From an uncultured Porphyromonadaceae bacterium (lineage in GTDB: Bacteria > Bacteroidota > Bacteroidia > Bacteroidales > Muribaculaceae), in NCBI GenBank assembly GCA_947176995.1, contig CAMWSY010000001.1:1-56452 (forward strand): 56,452 bases of DNA. Reading direction: 5' to 3'. Each line of letters starts with the position of its first letter. The stretch's first letter is position 1. Positions 54,287 to 56,452 of this stretch are shown piece by piece. Under the pieces are notes generated by a model. It searched no databases. It was not told the DNA's origin and was given only the letters and a program-made list of their open reading frames with translations. The position numbers and the translations under genes are program-made.

Positions 54287-55747
54287 ATGGAAGTAAAAGA
54301 CCTTCAGCCGCAGGCAGTCTTCAGTATCTTCGATGAGATCACTAAGGTGCCGCGTCCCTCAAAGAAAGAGGAGAAAATTCGTCAGTATCTCGTCGACTTT
54401 GCAAAGAAACACAATCTGGAGTGCAAGGTTGATGAAATCGGAAATGTTGTCATCAAGAAACCCGCCACACCGGGTCATGAGGATGCCCCCACAGTTATCA
54501 TGCAGGGACACATGGACATGGTGTGCGAGAGCAACGACAAAGGTTTTGACTTTGAGAATACCCCCATCCGCACGATTGTCGATGGTGACTGGGTGAAAGC
54601 CGACGGAACAACACTCGGTGCCGACAACGGCATAGGCGTGGCTGCTTCTCTGGCTGCGATGATCGATCCCGATCTCGTCCACGGTCCCCTCGAGGTGCTC
54701 GTGACAGTCGACGAGGAGACCGGCATGACCGGAGCGTTCAACCTCGACAAGAGCATGATTTCAGGCTCGATCCTCCTCAACCTCGACTCTGAGGACGATG
54801 CCGAGATTTTTGTAGGATGCGCCGGCGGTATCGACACGGTCTGCACATTCAACTACAACCGTTCGGTAGCCCCTGCCGATTTCCATTACTTCAAGGTTGA
54901 GGTTTCCGGCGGCCTTGGCGGACACTCGGGCGGCGACATCCACCTCGGCCATGCCAACGCCAACAAGGTGCTTGCCCGCTTCCTCTGGAATCTTCAGCAG
55001 ACCCACGAGCTTGCTCTCGCTGATATCGACGGCGGAAACCTCCGCAATGCCATCCCACGTGCCGCACACGCTGTGTTCGGTGTCCACACCTCCCGCAAAG
55101 AGGACATTCGCATCGCTTTCAACAACTACGTTGCCGACATCGAGAACGAGTACAAGGGTCTCGAGACGACCATGAAGCTCGACCTCACATCGGTCGACGC
55201 GCCCGACTTCTGCGTGGATTCGACCACATCCACCAACGCCATAAGCGCCATTTACTCCGCTCCTCACGGAGTCATCTCCATGAGCCGCGATCTCGAGGGA
55301 CTCGTTGAGACCTCCACCAACCTCGCTTCTGTCAAGATGCGTCCCGACAACCAGATTGTTGTCACCACATCGCAGCGTAGCTCGGTTGAGTCGCGCAAGT
55401 ACGACATTGCCAATCAGGTCGAGGCTCACTTCCGCCTTGCCGGTGCAGTTGTCGAGCATGGCGAAGGTTATCCCGGATGGCAGCCCAACCTCGAGTCGCC
55501 CATCATGAAGATCACGTCCGACGCCTACGAGCAGCTCTTTGGCATCAAGCCCGCTATCAAGGCCATCCACGCCGGTCTGGAGTGCGGACTCTTCAAGAGC
55601 GTCATGCCGCATCTCGACATGGTTTCGTTTGGTCCCACCCTGCGTGGTGTCCACTCACCGAGCGAGCGCATGTATATTCCCGCTGTTGAGCGCTTCTGGA
55701 AACACCTCTGCAAGGTGCTTGAGATGGTAGCCGATATGAAGAAATAA
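54287..55747 (+). CDS. pepD: Aminoacyl-histidine dipeptidase (M20 family)
   Basis: Motifs IMQGHMDMV, GADNGIGVA, VDEETGMTGA, and the C-terminal IHAGLECG pattern of PepD. Confidence 0.92.
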   Translation: MEVKDLQPQAVFSIFDEITKVPRPSKKEEKIRQYLVDFAKKHNLECKVDEIGNVVIKKPATPGHEDAPTVIMQGHMDMVCESNDKGFDFENTPIRTIVDGDWVKADGTTLGADNGIGVAASLAAMIDPDLVHGPLEVLVTVDEETGMTGAFNLDKSMISGSILLNLDSEDDAEIFVGCAGGIDTVCTFNYNRSVAPADFHYFKVEVSGGLGGHSGGDIHLGHANANKVLARFLWNLQQTHELALADIDGGNLRNAIPRAAHAVFGVHTSRKEDIRIAFNNYVADIENEYKGLETTMKLDLTSVDAPDFCVDSTTSTNAISAIYSAPHGVISMSRDLEGLVETSTNLASVKMRPDNQIVVTTSQRSSVESRKYDIANQVEAHFRLAGAVVEHGEGYPGWQPNLESPIMKITSDAYEQLFGIKPAIKAIHAGLECGLFKSVMPHLDMVSFGPTLRGVHSPSERMYIPAVERFWKHLCKVLEMVADMKK

Positions 55748-55818
55748 ATCCAATCATAATAAACAATAGCCCATGCAGTGCTCCAACCGGGGCACTGCAT
55801 ACCCAAGAACCATCATCC

Positions 55819-56452
55819 ATGTTCAAAAATCACATTTCGCTTCCTGCTGTAGCTATTCTGACGCTGCTCGCAGCCACAGGATGTAGCAAGAAGCTCGGCC
55901 AGTTCAACGCCGACTACTTCTCTGTAAACCCCAATCCTCTGGAGCTGGTGGGTCAGAAAGTGCCCGGAACTGTCACCGCCAACATTCCTGCCAAGTTCTT
56001 CGTGAAGAACGCTCAGGTGACCGTCACCCCCTATCTCGTCTACAACGGTGAGGAGTCGGCTTCGCAGCCCTACTCATTCCAAGGCGAGAAAGTGCGTGGC
56101 AACAGCCCCGTCATCTACTACGACCGTGGCGGCACAGTAACCATCCCCGTCAACTTCTCATGGAAGCCCGCCATGGCGCAGAGCGAGCTCGAGCTTGCCT
56201 TCACCGTCAATCAGGGTTCCAAGCAGTATGTGCTTCCCCGCGTCAAGGTTGCCAAGGGCGTAGTTGCCACAGCCGCTTTCGCTTCGGCTGAGGATGCCTC
56301 CGCTGCACTCGCTGCCGACCGTTTCCAGCGCATCATCAAGGAGAAATACGCTGCCGACATCAAGTTCCTTGTCAATCAGGCCAACATCCGCAACAGCGAG
56401 CTCGCCAAGGGTGACCTGAAGCGTCTCCACGAGAACATTGCCAACGCCAACA
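55819..56452 (+). CDS. Lipoprotein, N-terminal part of an OmpA-family-like protein (runs off the window end)
   Basis: ATG at 55819. MFKNHISLPAVAILTLLAATGCSKK lipobox. FSVNPNPLELVGQKVPGTVTANIPAKFF... resembles the N-terminal domain of Bacteroides OmpA-family proteins. No stop before 56452. Confidence 0.55.
   Translation, partial: MFKNHISLPAVAILTLLAATGCSKKLGQFNADYFSVNPNPLELVGQKVPGTVTANIPAKFFVKNAQVTVTPYLVYNGEESASQPYSFQGEKVRGNSPVIYYDRGGTVTIPVNFSWKPAMAQSELELAFTVNQGSKQYVLPRVKVAKGVVATAAFASAEDASAALAADRFQRIIKEKYAADIKFLVNQANIRNSELAKGDLKRLHENIANAN

Overview
A 56.4-kb chromosomal segment of a GC-rich Bacteroidales-type genome. The taxon call rests on a SusC/SusD locus, TAnnTTTG -7 promoter boxes, MBOAT/DHHW and PCMD families, and dense GC-rich extragenic repeats; it is an inference, not a search result. 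Most of the window is ordinary housekeeping: a partial tRNA-Asn, folA, purD, valS, tsaD, cinA, gltX, smpB, prmC, recX, comF, pepD, a DEAD-box helicase, two rhomboids and Skp/OmpH. Accessory content comprises a GH43-SusC-SusD-GH43 (+GH38) polysaccharide utilisation locus, an MBOAT + 2x DHHW + phosphoesterase O-acylation operon, a polyferredoxin + TAT aldo/keto reductase pair, and a plug-only/PCMD pair. Two things stand out. (1) An orphan four-gene phage head module (scaffold-like, major-capsid-like, 180-aa unknown, portal-like; 31398-35479, minus strand) has its own promoter. The window contains no terminase, tail, lysis, integrase or replication genes. (2) At least five families of hairpin-forming extragenic repeats occur, all in the same orientation on the + strand. 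One of them (motif D; copies at 131-246, 34961-35066 and 45847-45955) shows compensatory stem changes with conserved loops, which suggests a structured RNA or ssDNA element. One D copy sits inside the capsid module and another opens a ~430-nt hairpin-rich non-coding stretch next to the tRNA. No CRISPR array, rRNA or intact mobile element was seen. All family assignments come from reading the translations and motifs, not from database searches.
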